From: Octopus sinensis
Lineage: Eukaryota
DNA: 64,000 nucleotides
Reading direction: 5' to 3'
NCBI RefSeq assembly: GCF_006345805.1
Contig: NC_042997.1
Location: 23,746,001 to 23,810,000 of the forward strand
In this document: piece by piece, positions 1-13,246 of the stretch
Layout: every line of letters starts with the position of its first letter
How positions within the stretch are numbered: the stretch's first letter is position 1
Program-made: the position numbers and the translations under genes
The notes under the pieces: model-generated
The model's database searches: none
Told to the model about the DNA's origin: nothing
Seen by the model: only the letters and a program-made list of their open reading frames with translations

Positions 1-668
1 GAAAAAAAAGACAAAATACCCACCGCTGCCACTACCAACGCCACCAAAATCAAAAATGTCTATGATTTAATTAAGCCATGCATTCTGTAATTAATAGCAG
101 TCTTGATCACGATTAAACGGCAGTTAATTATAAAAATTAATTAATATCTATATTGCTATACGAAAGTAGATATAGATTTGGAAACTTTCATTTAACCCTC
201 ACTATAACCCAAATCTTTAAAACCTATGTAATTATTAATAATTTTCAGAGCCAATTTAATTTATGCGGTTAATACGAAGCGACGTGAACGTAACCTTCGT
301 TTTGTTGATTCAATTTTTCACTCCATTAAGACAGCAGAGAATAAAGAATTATCCACTTCTTTTGAACAGATTAAAAGTCATCGATGAACTCAGCAATGAT
401 AGATGTATATTTTACTTAATAAGCTGTGGATGTTATTATTGTTGTTTGTGGCCTTAGGTCAACTTTGATTGGGTAAATCTATGATCAAAAGCATTCAAGC
501 TAGTCTATTTAAAAGTATCTAGGACTTCAATATGCAATGCGCCTTTCCTTGTTCTTATAACTGTTCAACCGCAAAGTGAGTTTAGAAACATCTGAGTCAT
601 CAAACTTAGGATCGGAGCCAGTCCATCTGTGACCAACCCGTCTAAAATTCAGACTGAGTTTTGGGACT

Positions 669-880
669 AAAAAACGGCGAATTCTTTACAACATCGGATA
701 TGGTGTCTTGTGGTGGTTTGTAGGCTTTTTGCTCTAAGATTTCAAATTCTCACCGAGATTAGCTTTAACTATCATCCTTTGGGGACAATAAATAAACTAC
801 CAACCAAGTACTAGGGTTGACTATCTTTTCCCTTACCTTCACTGTTATCGGCAACCATTTTATCATGGCAAACTGATACG
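669..880 (+). mobile_element. Highly decayed SINE (family S2)
   Basis: Degenerate match to the S2 body seen intact elsewhere in the window (ttcaaattctcaccgag...ctttaactatcatcctttgggg...gtactagggttgact). Confidence 0.45.
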
Positions 881-920
881 ATTATATGCCAGTTTGTATT
901 AATCACTTTATATATTTTCA

Positions 921-951
<31 letters not shown>

Positions 952-978
952 TGTTGTAAACATTATCGACCGCATATA

Positions 979-1491
979 CCGTAAATCCTCGAGTATAGTC
1001 CGCCCTTGAGTATAATACTCAGGGGATTTTCAGGGAGGGTATACCTCTGAAAAACCTAAACCTTGTGTATAATACGCTTCCCTTCTCTAACTTGAGTCAA
1101 GGAGGTCTATATAACGTCCTTGATTTGTAAAAATGTATACGGTAACGCCCTTTATTATTATTGCACATATAACATAATGCAAACGTGTAGCTTTTTTGTG
1201 CATTTTGTCTGCAGAAAATAAAGAAATAACAGTAATAACGTTTAATAAATGTTGCTTACTGCAAGTTATGGATGATTCTTTTGAGACTTCATTGCTTTCA
1301 GGCTTAGTTTAAGGTATTTTCGCGCCCGACATCACAAAATGCGTCTGAATAAACATTGCCGGACAGCAAATAGAGACTCGGACATTTCTGAGAAAATAAT
1401 TTTCATTTTTAACCTCATATATAGTACGCACTAGGGATTTTGACCTTTAAATTTTGGTAAAAAAATGCGGATTATACTCGAGGATTTATGG
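979..1491. mobile_element. MITE, Tc1/mariner superfamily (Tc2/pogo-like TIR), 513 bp
   Basis: 25-bp TIRs CCGTAAATCCTCGAGTATAGTCCGC (979) and GCGGATTATACTCGAGGATTTATGG (1467-1491) with 2 mismatches; TA on both flanks (977-978, 1492-1493); no coding capacity. Confidence 0.85.
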
Positions 1492-2077
1492 TACTCAGTG
1501 TATGTGTTTTGCTTGTTCATCAGTTCGCTGCCGTACTCCGCCCTGGGGTCGATTCCCTCACAGCACTTGGTATTAAAGCATTTGAAAGTCATAGACGGGC
1601 GAGACAACTTGCCTCCAGTCCCATCCCGCCACATTTATAGTTTAGCAACATCGTGTGCCTGAATCAAGCCGGGGGTCGAACTGAATCGCCAGTCTATACA
1701 AATAGTGTAAGAAGCATTTTTCGTCATGTTAAAATCAATTATAAATTAAAAACAGCGCTTATAAATATCGGCATCGATCACTCCTTACGGGACTGGAGAC
1801 TTCTTTCAGGTGATTAAACGTCCAGTGCTATGAGGGAGTCCTCCCTAGACCGCTGTCTAGCAGTAAACCAGCGAACACGGAATACTCATACAACACTAGC
1901 GCTGCTTTTAATTCCTTTTTGAATTTAATCTTTTCCAAGTGAAAATTTACGTGAATATTACGCAAATTTTCATTTGGAACTTTTGTGTAAATTGGCTTTG
2001 AAACAGAGTTGATAGAGAAACAATTGTAACAGAACATTCAAGATGCATTACAATCTTATTTCTATTCTTATTTGGAA

Positions 2078-2126
<49 letters not shown>

Positions 2127-2336
2127 CAATTGAGATAGGGGTTGTAAATGCAACCCTCCATGGGATAACATATATCCAATATACTGCTAGTGAAGTACCC
2201 AACAAAGTTAATACATAAATGTTAAGGATTGCGATGCAATCAATTCATTTACTGTATTATATGGGCAAAGGTAAAATGATTTACCACAATACATACAAAC
2301 ATACATACATACATACATACATACATAGTGTATATA

Positions 2337-2374
2337 CCGTAAATCCTCGAGTATAGTCCGCCCTTGAGTATAAT
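2337..2374 (+). mobile_element. Solo left-end stub of the same MITE
   Basis: 38 nt identical to 979-1016, preceded by TA. Confidence 0.85.
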
Positions 2375-2413
2375 TGCCAAGCGATGTTGGGGGACAAACA
2401 CAAACACAGAAAC

Positions 2414-2504
2414 GGCACCTTGAGCAAGTGTCTTCTACTATAGCCTCGGGCCGACCAAGGCCTTGTGAGTGGATTTGGTAGACGGAAACTGAAAGAATCC
2501 CGTC

Positions 2505-2591
<87 letters not shown>

Positions 2592-2820
2592 TTGTGTGTG
2601 TGTTTGTTTGTGTGTCTGTATTTGTCCCCCCAACATCGCTTGACAACCGAAGATGGTGTGTTTACGTCACCGTAAATTAGCGGTTCGGCAAAAGAGACCG
2701 GTAGAATAAGTACTAGGCTTCCAAAGAATAAGTCCTGGGGTCGATTTGCTCGACTAAAGGCGGTGCTCCAGCATGGCCACAGTCAAATGACTGAAACACG
2801 TAAAAGAGTAAAAGAGTAAA
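2414..2820 (+). mobile_element. SINE family S1, 5'-truncated, with central (TA)n(TG)n
   Basis: ggcaccttgagcaagtgtcttctactatagcc...gaaactgaaagaatcccgtcg, then microsatellite, then tail ...gcatggccacagtcaaatgactgaaac and (GTAAAAGA)n; matches the copy at 54682-55279 on the other strand. Confidence 0.9.
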
Positions 2821-2884
2821 ATGAATCGGCCCTAGTACTTATTAGAAAAAAAGCCCCTTAGAAAACTGTCCTGGAGTATACGAC

Positions 2885-3023
2885 CAGTTTCTTTTAGTTT
2901 CCATCTACCAAATCCACTTACAAGGTTTCGGAAGACACCTACCTGAAGTGCCCCGCAGTGTGACTGAACTTGGAACCATGTGCTTGCAAAGCAAACTTCT
3001 TATGACACAGTTACAACTGCACC
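2885..3023 (-). mobile_element. SINE S1 head, decayed with internal deletion
   Basis: Reverse complement of the S1 tRNA-like head and body. Confidence 0.7.
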
Positions 3024-3029
3024 AGTATG

Positions 3030-3100
3030 TGTGTGTGCATGTACGTATGTACGTGTATGTACGTGTATGTACGTATGTACGTGTATGTCGTGTATGTACG

Positions 3101-3156
<56 letters not shown>

Positions 3157-3204
3157 TGTATGTGTATATATAACATATATACATATACATACAGATATAC
3201 ATAT

Positions 3205-3260
<56 letters not shown>

Positions 3261-3430
3261 ACATACATATATATATATATAATATATATATATATATACA
3301 TACATACATACTATATATATATATATATATATATATACATACATACAACATATATATATATATATATACATACATACATATATATTTATATTATATATAT
3401 ATACATACACATATATATATATATATATAC

Positions 3431-3467
<37 letters not shown>

Positions 3468-3480
3468 CATAGACACAACA
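3030..3480. repeat. Compound (TACG)n/(TA)n/(TACA)n microsatellite
   Basis: Direct reading; the overlapping YI-rich ORFs are artefacts. Confidence 0.95.
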
Positions 3481-3886
3481 TATGTGCGTATGTGCCTGTG
3501 TGTGACCTTATGTGTAAGGAAAGTATGTGTATGCGTGTGTATGTGTTTGAACAGATCATCAGCGATCGATCTTTCTGTTTGTTTATGTAATGCTCGTCTG
3601 TGGACACAACAACTAGCTGTGGATCGAGATTGTTCGCATTCTTTAAAAACTCAAGATAAACAAATCGACAGATTGTCAAGTCAATAAACACGCGAAGCAA
3701 CAATTAACTACCGATGTAGAGCTAAAGAGTAATAGAGAAAAAAAGCGGGTGGGAAGGAGTGTAAGATGGCGGCGGAGGCTATGGGGGTGGGGGTGGAGAA
3801 AGAATAATGGGGGGGGTTGGGGGAAGGGGGGGAAATGTGTGGGAGTCATGATGAGACACTGAGGGGTTTCAAATAAAAACAAGGGT

Positions 3887-3921
<35 letters not shown>

Positions 3922-4387
3922 AAAGGTGGTGGAGTAGTTGATACAGACAAAGCGCGAAAACAGATTTGTGTGCATGTATGTTGAAATAATATAAAAAAAT
4001 ACTCTCATATATATGTGTGTGTTTGCACACGCGTGTACATTTATATATATATATATATATATATATAGATTATATATTATATAGGAAAGAGAGAGAGAGA
4101 GAGAGAGAGAGATAAAGAGAGAGAGAGGGGAGAGAGAGACAGAGTTGAAGTATACACATGCACAGATGCATACACGTACACAGCTTGAATCAGAATTGCG
4201 CGTGTGTGTATGTGTGTGTGTTTAAAAATCTAGTGCTTATTCTATCGGTCTGTTTTGCTAGAGCGCTAAGTGAAAGATACGTAAACAAACCAATACTGGT
4301 TGTCAAACAGTGAAGGTTGAGAGAAACACAAACGCAAAGACACACGCACACACACACACAGAAACACACACATACATACACACACAT

Positions 4388-4968
<581 letters not shown>

Positions 4969-5384
4969 CTTCCGTTCACAATTTTCAACTGCTAATTTTG
5001 CTCAATTTTCTTTTTTTTTTTTACTTTTGTTGCCGGCTTTTTTTCCTTCTTAAAAACAATAACCATTTTTGTCTTATTTTTTAAATTTTTTCTTTCTTTG
5101 CAGAATAACTGTCAATGGAAAATTTTGAACTACCCAATTTGTGGAAGAAGCATGGAGTCCTCCATGGAATCCACGCCAGAAGGACAAACAAGGACATTTC
5201 AGACTTACTCGACGTTAGCAGAAAGATGGTGGAAACGATTAGAAAAGAACTGGAAGATCCAGGATTTGTCCACGAGGCGACAACAGAAAGGAAAACCCAT
5301 GATCAGTGAGCTGACGTCATATGAACACCGGAATTCGTTGCTGAACTCCAGATCATTAACAATGATCCCAGTAAGTTAATGCGT

Positions 5385-5760
5385 GTTGGTGGAAGCACTC
5401 CGTCGGTTCCGGTTGATCCGAATCAACGGAACAGCCTGCTCTTGAAATTAACGTGTAAGTGGCTGAGCACTCCACAGACATTGTACCCTTAACGTAGTTC
5501 TCGGGGATATTCAGCGTGACACAGAGAGTGACAAGGCCGGCCCCTTGAAATACAGGTACAACAGAAACAGGAAGTAAGAGTGAGAGAAAGTTGTGGTGAA
5601 AGAGTACAGCAGGGATCACCACCATCCCCTGCCGGAGCCCCGTGGAGCTTTTAGGTGTTTTCGCTCAATAAACACTCACAACGCCCGGTCTGGGAATCGA
5701 AATCGCGATCCTATGACCGCGAGTCCGCTGCCATAACCACTGGGCCATTGCGCCTCCACA
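5385..5760 (-). mobile_element. SINE family S3, near full-length
   Basis: Minus strand reads GGAGGCGCAATGGCCCAGTGGTTATGGCAGCGGACTCGCGG...TTCGATTCCCAGACC (A/B-box-like tRNA head), with tail ...CCGACGGAGTGC. Confidence 0.9.
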
Positions 5761-5761
5761 A

Positions 5762-5865
5762 CTGACTTCGGTGGGGTTTGAACTGAGAGCTCATATAGTC
5801 GGAACAAATACCGTAAAGAATTTTTTATCCGATACACTAACGACTCTGCTAATTCATCGCCCTTT
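5762..5865 (-). mobile_element. SINE S2 head fragment
   Basis: Reverse complement of a decayed aaggcgatgaattagcag...gttcaaaccccaccgaag head. Confidence 0.6.
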
Positions 5866-6757
5866 AATGCGTGTTATTGCACAGGTAAAAGGTGTGAGTG
5901 AAAAGCTCATCAAGCTGGTCGTGCATATGGACATTAGTTACCTTTCATAGAAGATGAGGAAAGGAGAAGGTGATGCAGGGAAAGCGACTCAAGCACACGA
6001 AGAAGCTGATCAACAACCTGAAACACCCGCTCGAGCCAGACATGCTGTAGTTCTTCTCTAACTAGAAGAATTTCTGTCATGACCAGAAGATCAACTCTCA
6101 GAACAGCAGGTGGTTTGCTATCTCAGTCAATGACGTGTTCAGAATCAGGCGGGCGAAATTTCTTGCAATAATCATGGTCTTCAGTGTCGGGAGCAGTAAA
6201 GGTGACGTCATACCATCACACTTCTGCTCTGAGAGCCTCAGGCTGAACACCGACGGCTACATCTGTGTCGTGAGCGAGGTGGTGAAGCCTTGGATCGACC
6301 AGGTAGATGTAGAATAGCCGTTCACGTGGAAGCAAGATTCTGCGTCCTGCCACACCAGTCGGAAAATCCAGGCCTGGCTGTCGCAGAATTTCTTCGATCA
6401 CACAGCATCTGGTATTTGGCCTCCAAACTTGCCTGTCCGCAATCCCTTCGACTTCTTTATGAGGGGCACGGTGAAACGAGACACCAACAAATACAGCTGC
6501 AATACAATAGACGAGCTGAGAGCCAGGATTACCAGGACTTTCAAGGGCTTAAAACGAGAGATAGTGACGAAGGTTTGTGACCGGCTCTGAGGTCGCCTGG
6601 AGGCTGTCATCGTGGTCAAAGGTGAGTTCATCGAGTGAGATCGACAGAACATGTCATGAAGACATACTAACTCAAATTTGATGACTATATCTCAAAATAA
6701 AAACAGTTAAGTTTTTTCCTGAGACAGTTTCCATGCGAACAAATACCGCCCGCACCC

Positions 6758-6788
<31 letters not shown>

Positions 6789-6792
<4 letters not shown>

Positions 6793-7015
6793 AATATAGG
6801 ATAAAATTTTCAAAAAAATTTCATCAATGGCCAGCTTATTAAAAAATACCTTTTAAGGTGAAATTTATAAACAACTTATAAATAAGGGCAAAAGAAATTG
6901 GAACTTTTTTTTTCCCCTTATTTATAAGTTGTTTAGAAATTTTACCTTAAAAGATATTTTTTTAATATGCTGGCCACGGATAAAATTGTTTTGAAAATTT
7001 TATCCTATATTAGAT
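6789..7015. mobile_element. Foldback/MITE-like palindrome, 227 bp with ~100-bp arms
   Basis: ATCTAATATAGGATAAAATTTT...AACAACTTATAAATAAGGG pairs with CCCTTATTTATAAGTTGTT...AAAATTTTATCCTATATTAGAT. Confidence 0.8.
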
Positions 7016-7059
7016 GTAAATTTAATACCATTTCCTTCCGGACTCTCTTACACTATGAG

Positions 7060-7411
7060 AATTTTCAGTCTGATCGCACGTGTCTCGACGTGTACTACAA
7101 AATTTCTATTTGGATTTATTTGGGGTACTTAAATGTGCTCATGACTTTGCGTCTGCTTCTTCCATGGGTGCAAGTAAATATTTCATTTATTTCTTAACGT
7201 ATTTACCGCTGATGACGAGAAAAATCTTTATGAATTAACTCAGAAATCAGACCGATTCAGTAATAACGGAATTTTTTTAGAAATTTATGTCAGTTTGCTT
7301 CGGAACGCGTGCTTATAGTGATGAATTATATGTGGTTATTGACGATTTAAAGTCTATTATCAGCATATTTGGCACTGGAATTTTTTCTTTTGCCCTTATA
7401 TATATATAAGT

Positions 7412-7415
<4 letters not shown>
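7060..7415 (+). repeat. Dispersed repeat copy 1 (probable internal part of the foldback family)
   Basis: Near-identical to 10000-10350; ends in tttgcccttat...ataagttg, which matches the inner arm of 6789-7015. Confidence 0.8.
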
Positions 7416-7455
<40 letters not shown>

Positions 7456-7456
<1 letters not shown>

Positions 7457-7855
7457 TAGCAGTATCGCCCGGCGTTGCTCGGGCTTGTAAGGGAAATAAC
7501 TATATAAGCATTTTTAGAGAGTTATAGCCAAAAAATAGCAAAAAAAAATGAATTAAAAATGAAAAAAAATTATGGTAAATTTTTTGAAAAATTGTTGACT
7601 CATCGTAGACATTTTTAGAGAGTTACTTCCCTTATATAATAGCGAAAAAATGCATTAAAATGGAAAAAAAATGATGATAAATTATTTTTTAAATCGTAGA
7701 CTCATCGTAGACGCGCGATAATACCCAGAAGGGCTCGATATGAATCACGACTATAAGATACCCGGTTTTGGTTAAACAGCATCACAAAATGTGGGAGTAG
7801 TTAGGAATCTAAATCGTAGGAGACAGACACACAACTTGACTTATATATATAAAGA
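7456..7855 (-). mobile_element. Non-autonomous Helitron, 400 bp
   Basis: Minus strand: 5' TC (TCTTTATATATATAAG), subterminal GC hairpin CCCGAGCAACGCCGGG, 3' CTAG, inserted between A and T; homologous to 25680-26078. Confidence 0.85.
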
Positions 7856-8696
7856 TATACATATCTTTGTGTATGTGTGTTTGGTGTGTGTGTGTGCGTG
7901 TGCGTGGGCGCATGTATATGTCTTCAATCGGACCCAACTACATTTCCTTCCACATAAGCCCATTCCTAAGTACCACCATCACCGGCTGCAAAAATTAAGC
8001 ATTCTACATCACTTAATCACTCCGTCCAATAACCTTCTCTACTATTTTTAAGTGCTCATCCTTCGAGTATCTCGACATCGGACAGACACACCTCTGCAAA
8101 GCTACACCTGGATCGTATCATTTCTATGCCACGGAGTACTCTGCTCGGAATTTTGCCGTTTCCGGTTTTACCCTCATACAAAATCACCAAATACTCTCTT
8201 CCCAAAACACTATATACTTCCGGGAACGAATAATGGTGGAAAATTTGGTAATATACATCCAGAAGATTCTATCAGTTATATTGGAACTGGCAGTATCCTT
8301 TGAAACTGAAAACTATGCGGGTCCCCCTATTATATAGTGCAAAAATGCTAACATCGTTATCTCAGGCAAAGACTAGATATTAAACCAGTTCAGATTTCAT
8401 AGGAGTATAGTTATTCCATGTCATTCCTCAGAGCATAAACGATATGTGTAGCGAAGCGGACAGACTGAAGCAGCTGCTTGCTATTCTTCTGTTATATTTC
8501 GGATGAACTTACATCCCAACAGGAAATGTAATGTAGCAACGAGCATTAAATTTTTTTCATCCGCCAAATATTACGCACAACGTTGCATTACAATTAAAGG
8601 CGGTACCCTAGTAACATTATAGACCAATAAATGATACCAGCAAAAAGAATACACACAGATGGTAGAATAGAGAATCTTGGCTACTAGCCATTAGCA

Positions 8697-8751
<55 letters not shown>

Positions 8752-8766
8752 TATATATATATACAT

Positions 8767-8802
<36 letters not shown>

Positions 8803-9489
8803 GTATGTACATGCACACACATATTTATAATAGCCCCTCCTAATCCATTTTAATCATAAGTTTCAAACGGCTGGTTTTAAGTCTGACCGACCATCTATCA
8901 AGAGGAATTGCACGACATATAAACGTCTGTAAAGTGATGCGTCCTTTAGTATAGCAAGTATTTGTAAACTTCTGTTTCGTGTATTTAGAGCAGCCTTGGA
9001 AAATTTGTTGAGTTAATTTTTTTTCATTAGCAATTAAAAGGAAATAAACGATAAATTGTGTTTCACCGAATTCCTTTGTGAAACAAGACATATTAAATTC
9101 TATAAAAATTCTTCTTAAATTAAATTGTTTTTCAGTCAAAAAAAAAAAAAAAATTAGGAATAGGCTTAGTGAATAAAAAGAAAACCAAAAATATTGATAT
9201 AATGATATATATTTCTACTGTGAAAAAAAACAAAAACCCAGAGAAATAAAGGAAAGTTATAGCTTGGAAGGAACACAAACCAGCAAAAGTTTTGTAAGGT
9301 CGGGAGTCTACCACAAGACGACATGCATATGTTTAAAATCTTTGCAACTGTGCGCTCAACTACTCACATTTACATAAACACAATATTGAATTCAGGGAAG
9401 CCATGACCTATGACATAGACGAACTTAAAACGCGTATCTATAGTGACAGACTTAGAATTTAAATATCACCTTGGCTTCATCAAATATTT

Positions 9490-9660
9490 TTGATACTATC
9501 TATTTGATACCATCTGGTACTTATTTTATTGATCCAGAACGGATGAAAGACAAAATCGATCTCGGTGGATTTTGAACTCAACACGTAAAGAGGGACAGAA
9601 TACCACAAGGCATTTTGCTGGACTGTTAATAACTCTGGTAGTTCGTTGTCTTCGAGTTGA
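9490..9660 (-). mobile_element. Decayed SINE S2
   Basis: ctggtacttattttattgatccagaacggatgaaagacaaaatcgatctcggtggattttgaactc is the reverse complement of the S2 body. Confidence 0.65.
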
Positions 9661-9999
9661 AGGTAAATAATACGACCCTTTTTCGGTAGGAGCGAGGTTG
9701 GTGATGTACTTAAATTTCTCTGCCTCCGATCGTTTCTAATGTGTCTTTATAATAAGAGGTTGCCTTTTTAAAGAATCCCTTTACTAGAGAAAGATTTGAA
9801 ATCGTTCTGCTAAACACAAGTGAGTGGCATACACGTGAGTTTATATAAAATATATTTTCGTTAGATTTTTATATGGTTTATATCAGCCTGTGTTTAACTC
9901 TAGGGTGATATTCAAGGAATTACCGTATTCTAACGTGTATAAGGAACCCTTTTTTGTCAAAAATTAGGTTAAAAAATACGGGAGTTTCTTAAACATGGA

Positions 10000-10350
10000 T
10001 TTTCAGTCTGATCGCACGTGTCTCGAGGTGTACTACAAAATTTCTATTTGGATATATTTGGGGTACTTAAAAGGTGCTCATGACTTTGCGTCTGCTTCTT
10101 CCATGGGTGCAAGTAAATATTTCATTTATTTCTTAACGTATTTACCGCTGATGACGAGAAAAATCTTTATGAATTAACTCAGAAATCGGACCGATTCAGT
10201 AATAACGGAATTTTTTTAGAAATTTATGTCAGTTTGCTTCGGAAAGCGTGCTTATAGTGATGAATTATATGTGGTTATTGACGATTTAAAGTCTATTATC
10301 GGCATATTTGGCACTGGAATTTTTTATTTTGCCCTTATTTATAAGTTGTA
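10000..10350 (+). repeat. Dispersed repeat copy 2
   Basis: Aligns with 7060-7415 with few substitutions. Confidence 0.8.
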
Positions 10351-10559
10351 TATCTTTATATATAAAAGTAAGGTTTGTAATACTTTACAAAATTTTATTT
10401 TAAATTTAAGCCCCCAAATTAGAGGGTTCTTTATTCACGTTAAAAGGCGGTAATTATACTAATGCGGTTATTTGACTGGAAATCGCTGCTGCTGCTGCTG
10501 CTGCTGCTGCTTATAGTTGCTTATGGAGTAAGAGAAAGAGTGAGAGAGGGGGAATGATT

Positions 10560-11380
10560 TCTTGAAGAGGAGGGAACCGACTCTAGATTTATATTTTTTC
10601 TTATGTTGAGAGATCTTTTTTCCTGTGATCTTTTCCCCTAAAATAATGTTTGTTATTATATCTCTCTTTAGTGTGTCTAGTGTATAAGCATTGACATTTT
10701 TAGAGAACGCTACCTCACCATCTCTTTGTGAGCCACATTCAGTATAGATGAGTTTCTTATTTAAGTATCTAAGGTAAATAATCTTATAATATCGCATATA
10801 CGCATCGAATTATCCACGACTTACATCAAACAAACACCCACTTGTCACCAAAGCGGAATCCTTATTGGAAATCAGGGCTTTCTAGAGATCATTGTAAGTC
10901 CTATATCATTGTCACGTATGGCTGTAATTTCTTTTAACAGAATTTAATGTTTCACGTAATAATGCCGCTAAGATCGATGGATAAAAGTTTTTTTCAAATT
11001 GGGTAAATTTGTCATTATCGAACTATTATTCCATTGGTTGAGGCTAGTAGCTATCCTAATATTGTCATTAACCTTAATATACTCTTTGTTCACAAATCCG
11101 ATTAGGATTAGAAGCGAATACATTTTTTTATGATCTTTGATCGTGATAAACACCTTAGGTTCTGCTAAGTGTCTCTAGTTTGCTATGAATTTTAAGACAA
11201 ACACCTATGTTTTTTGCTTCTTTATTAATGTCGTGGAGAGTTCGACGAATGGCTAATAATTTTGCTTTACGTTATTAATGAGCGGTTGTGTGGTTATGCT
11301 GTAGTTCACTCCGTAAAGATTGATAATCTCGCGAGAGATTAGCACCTTGGTGAGGGTGGAGTCGGGGTTATGACGTTGTT
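10560..11380 (-). mobile_element. Decayed Penelope-like element (PLE) reverse-transcriptase fragment
   Basis: Frameshifted minus-strand remnants FITIKDHKK, NIRIATSLNQW, NFYPSI, LFDVSRG*FD and RDGEVAFSKN resemble PLE RT motifs AFITLKDHK / FYPSI / FDVTMGSFDG / YRDDGLA in the expected order. Confidence 0.65.
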
Positions 11381-11404
11381 AATGTAGGTATGGTAAATGT
11401 AGGC

Positions 11405-11710
11405 ATGGGCTAGTGATTGAGAAGTTATATTCGTAATCTCTAGGTCCTGGGTTCAATCACATCGCGTAACATCTTGATCACATTTCTTTTTTCATATCAC
11501 AGACTCGGGTATATAATCTTATATGAATACAAAACCATTGTGAGTATAATGGACTAAACACAAACTGTGAACGGGTCCTTTGTTTGAACTGCGTAGATGA
11601 AATTCAACGTGGCAGCATTATCAAACGTTATTATGTTGTGCTGATTCTGAAGGAGGATTACGAGTGCGGAATACTCAGCCAGCATCACGCTAATTCAACG
11701 AATAGGTTGT
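11405..11710 (+). mobile_element. Decayed tRNA-derived SINE
   Basis: B-box-like ggtcctgggttcaatc plus decayed body. Confidence 0.4.
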
Positions 11711-12327
11711 TCAACTGATCAAACAACAAAAATGATCATTGTCGAAGCTGACGAGGATCCATTCACACTAACCCCCCCCCAAAAAAAAACAGACAGCAAC
11801 AAACTTACATATGTATCTGTGTACGTACGCGGATGGATGTGTGTATGTACGTTATACATAGATGCGTGAGAAGAAATAAAGAACTTGCGACGTATGTTGA
11901 GGCATGTGGCAGAGCATTCCCAGTAGAGATTAATCCATAATACATGAATACAAAACATACTTGGCAAGCAGTGATTAATTACTTCTGTGAGAAATCTATT
12001 GATTAAATACGCAAAAGACATCTGAAATAACAAACACAAACTTGTCATTTATTTTACATTTATTATTTTTTAAAAATTTTATATTTATTTTAGATATATT
12101 TATTTGTATTAATTTTTAAAATTTATTTTACATATGTTTATTTATTCTTAAAAATTTTTTTTTTATATATGTTGCATTACATTTTATATTTTAAGTTCTG
12201 AATGAAGAAAATATATCTAGAATTAATGTCAGCAACAGTATTTGTAGTAACATCGGCAGTGGCAGAGTATAAATGGTAAAGTACCGAACTAAGTGTATTT
12301 CAATGCTTAATTCTTTCTTTTAATCCG

Positions 12328-12510
12328 GAAGGCGGCGAGCTAGTTGAATCATTACCATGTCGGACAAAAATGCTTGGCAGCATTTCTTCCGGTTTTACAT
12401 TCTTAGTTCAAATGATTTCAAGGTTGACTTTGCTTTTCGGTTTTTCAGGGTCGGTGTAATCGACTAGTGCCCTCCCCACAAAATCGCTGGCTTTGTGCTT
12501 GTATTAGAAA
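12328..12510 (+). mobile_element. SINE S2, decayed with internal deletion
   Basis: aaggcggcgagctag...ttcaaat...gttgactttgctttt...gtaatcgactag...ctttgtgcttgtattagaaa. Confidence 0.7.
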
Positions 12511-12989
12511 AATTCCTTTCTGTCTCTGGTTCTCTCTCTCTCCTCTCTCGCTTTCTCTCTTGCCATCTTCTAGCTTTTTACGAGTTTAAATTTTATCGTG
12601 TTAAATTTGACTTCCGGTAGTGTGTTAGTGGTAGAACAATAAGGTCAATAACCGGTCATTTGGTCGGTCGCATTTAACTTCTACAAATCTGTGGTCTTCC
12701 ACTAATGTAAGAAATGTCAAAACAAAGAAGTGGAATGAATAAAGTACATAATAAACCAACAACAATAACAACTTCTTACATTGGCATATGCTACATAATG
12801 TTAGGCTGAGGTGCTGTAGTTTTATCAGTCGATTCTCAGTATACTAAAGGCACTTGTTTGATCGATTTTGGAAAAGTGAAAGCCAAAGAGATGTAGCTAA
12901 TACAACAAAACACTTTATCTGACGTTTTATTAATTTTGAGGACAGTAGAGTCGCTGAAAAAGAAGGTATGACGCTCCGAAGAGAGAAAT

Positions 12990-13246
12990 CCAAAAGCTAT
13001 GGTCAGTGAAAAAGGTGTATAGTGTACCAATAATTACTGGTATCTGAGATACAGCTAGCAAAGAAATTAAAAAGTTGTTCGGAAAGATAGACGTAAAAGT
13101 TAAAATTGAGTACATCCAGAAACCAGAGTTACGTAGTAGTACAAAGAGTCTCTGTAAAGTATTCGATATTTGAAATTAACATACCGCCTTAGCCCACAAG
13201 AAGTGAAGCACTGGTACGTTAATGGGACTTCAGTAAGCATGTTAGA

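Larger units (their letters stand above)
5115..6759 (+). mobile_element. Decayed DD37D (maT-type) Tc1/mariner transposon interrupted by SINEs
   Basis: N-terminal HTH-like ORF at 5115 (GIHARRTNKDISDLLDVSRKMVETIRKEL); degenerate first-D motif FFSN*KNF; reading through the stop at 6315 gives WKQD-SASCHTSRKIQAWLSQNFFDHTASGIWPPNLPVRNPF-D, exactly 37 residues between D2 and D3; C-terminus RLEAVIVVKGEFIE*; right end ...CCCGCACCCTG followed by (TA)n. Left TIR not found. Confidence 0.85.

Noticed and set aside
1833-1865. Adjacent hairpins gggagtcctccc and tagaccgctgtcta resembling an HHR junction
   Set aside because: Lacks both CUGANGA and GAAA; compatible with chance.
5700-5760. tRNA-like sequences (also ~49400-49457, 50250-50306, 55220-55279)
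   Set aside because: SINE heads continuing into SINE bodies; no complete cloverleaf, so not called as tRNA genes.
8052-9139. Non-repetitive ORFs of 83-99 aa (8052-8303 +, 8840-9139 -) as possible exons
   Set aside because: No recognisable motif and no convincing splice signals; expected by chance.
10468-10797. 109-aa ORF ending in poly-Gln
   Set aside because: Decayed Penelope-like RT frame running into a (GCT)n microsatellite.
11745-11800. CTGACGAGG motif (similar CTGATGA at ~49140 minus and ~63703)
   Set aside because: No helix II followed by GAAA at a suitable distance.
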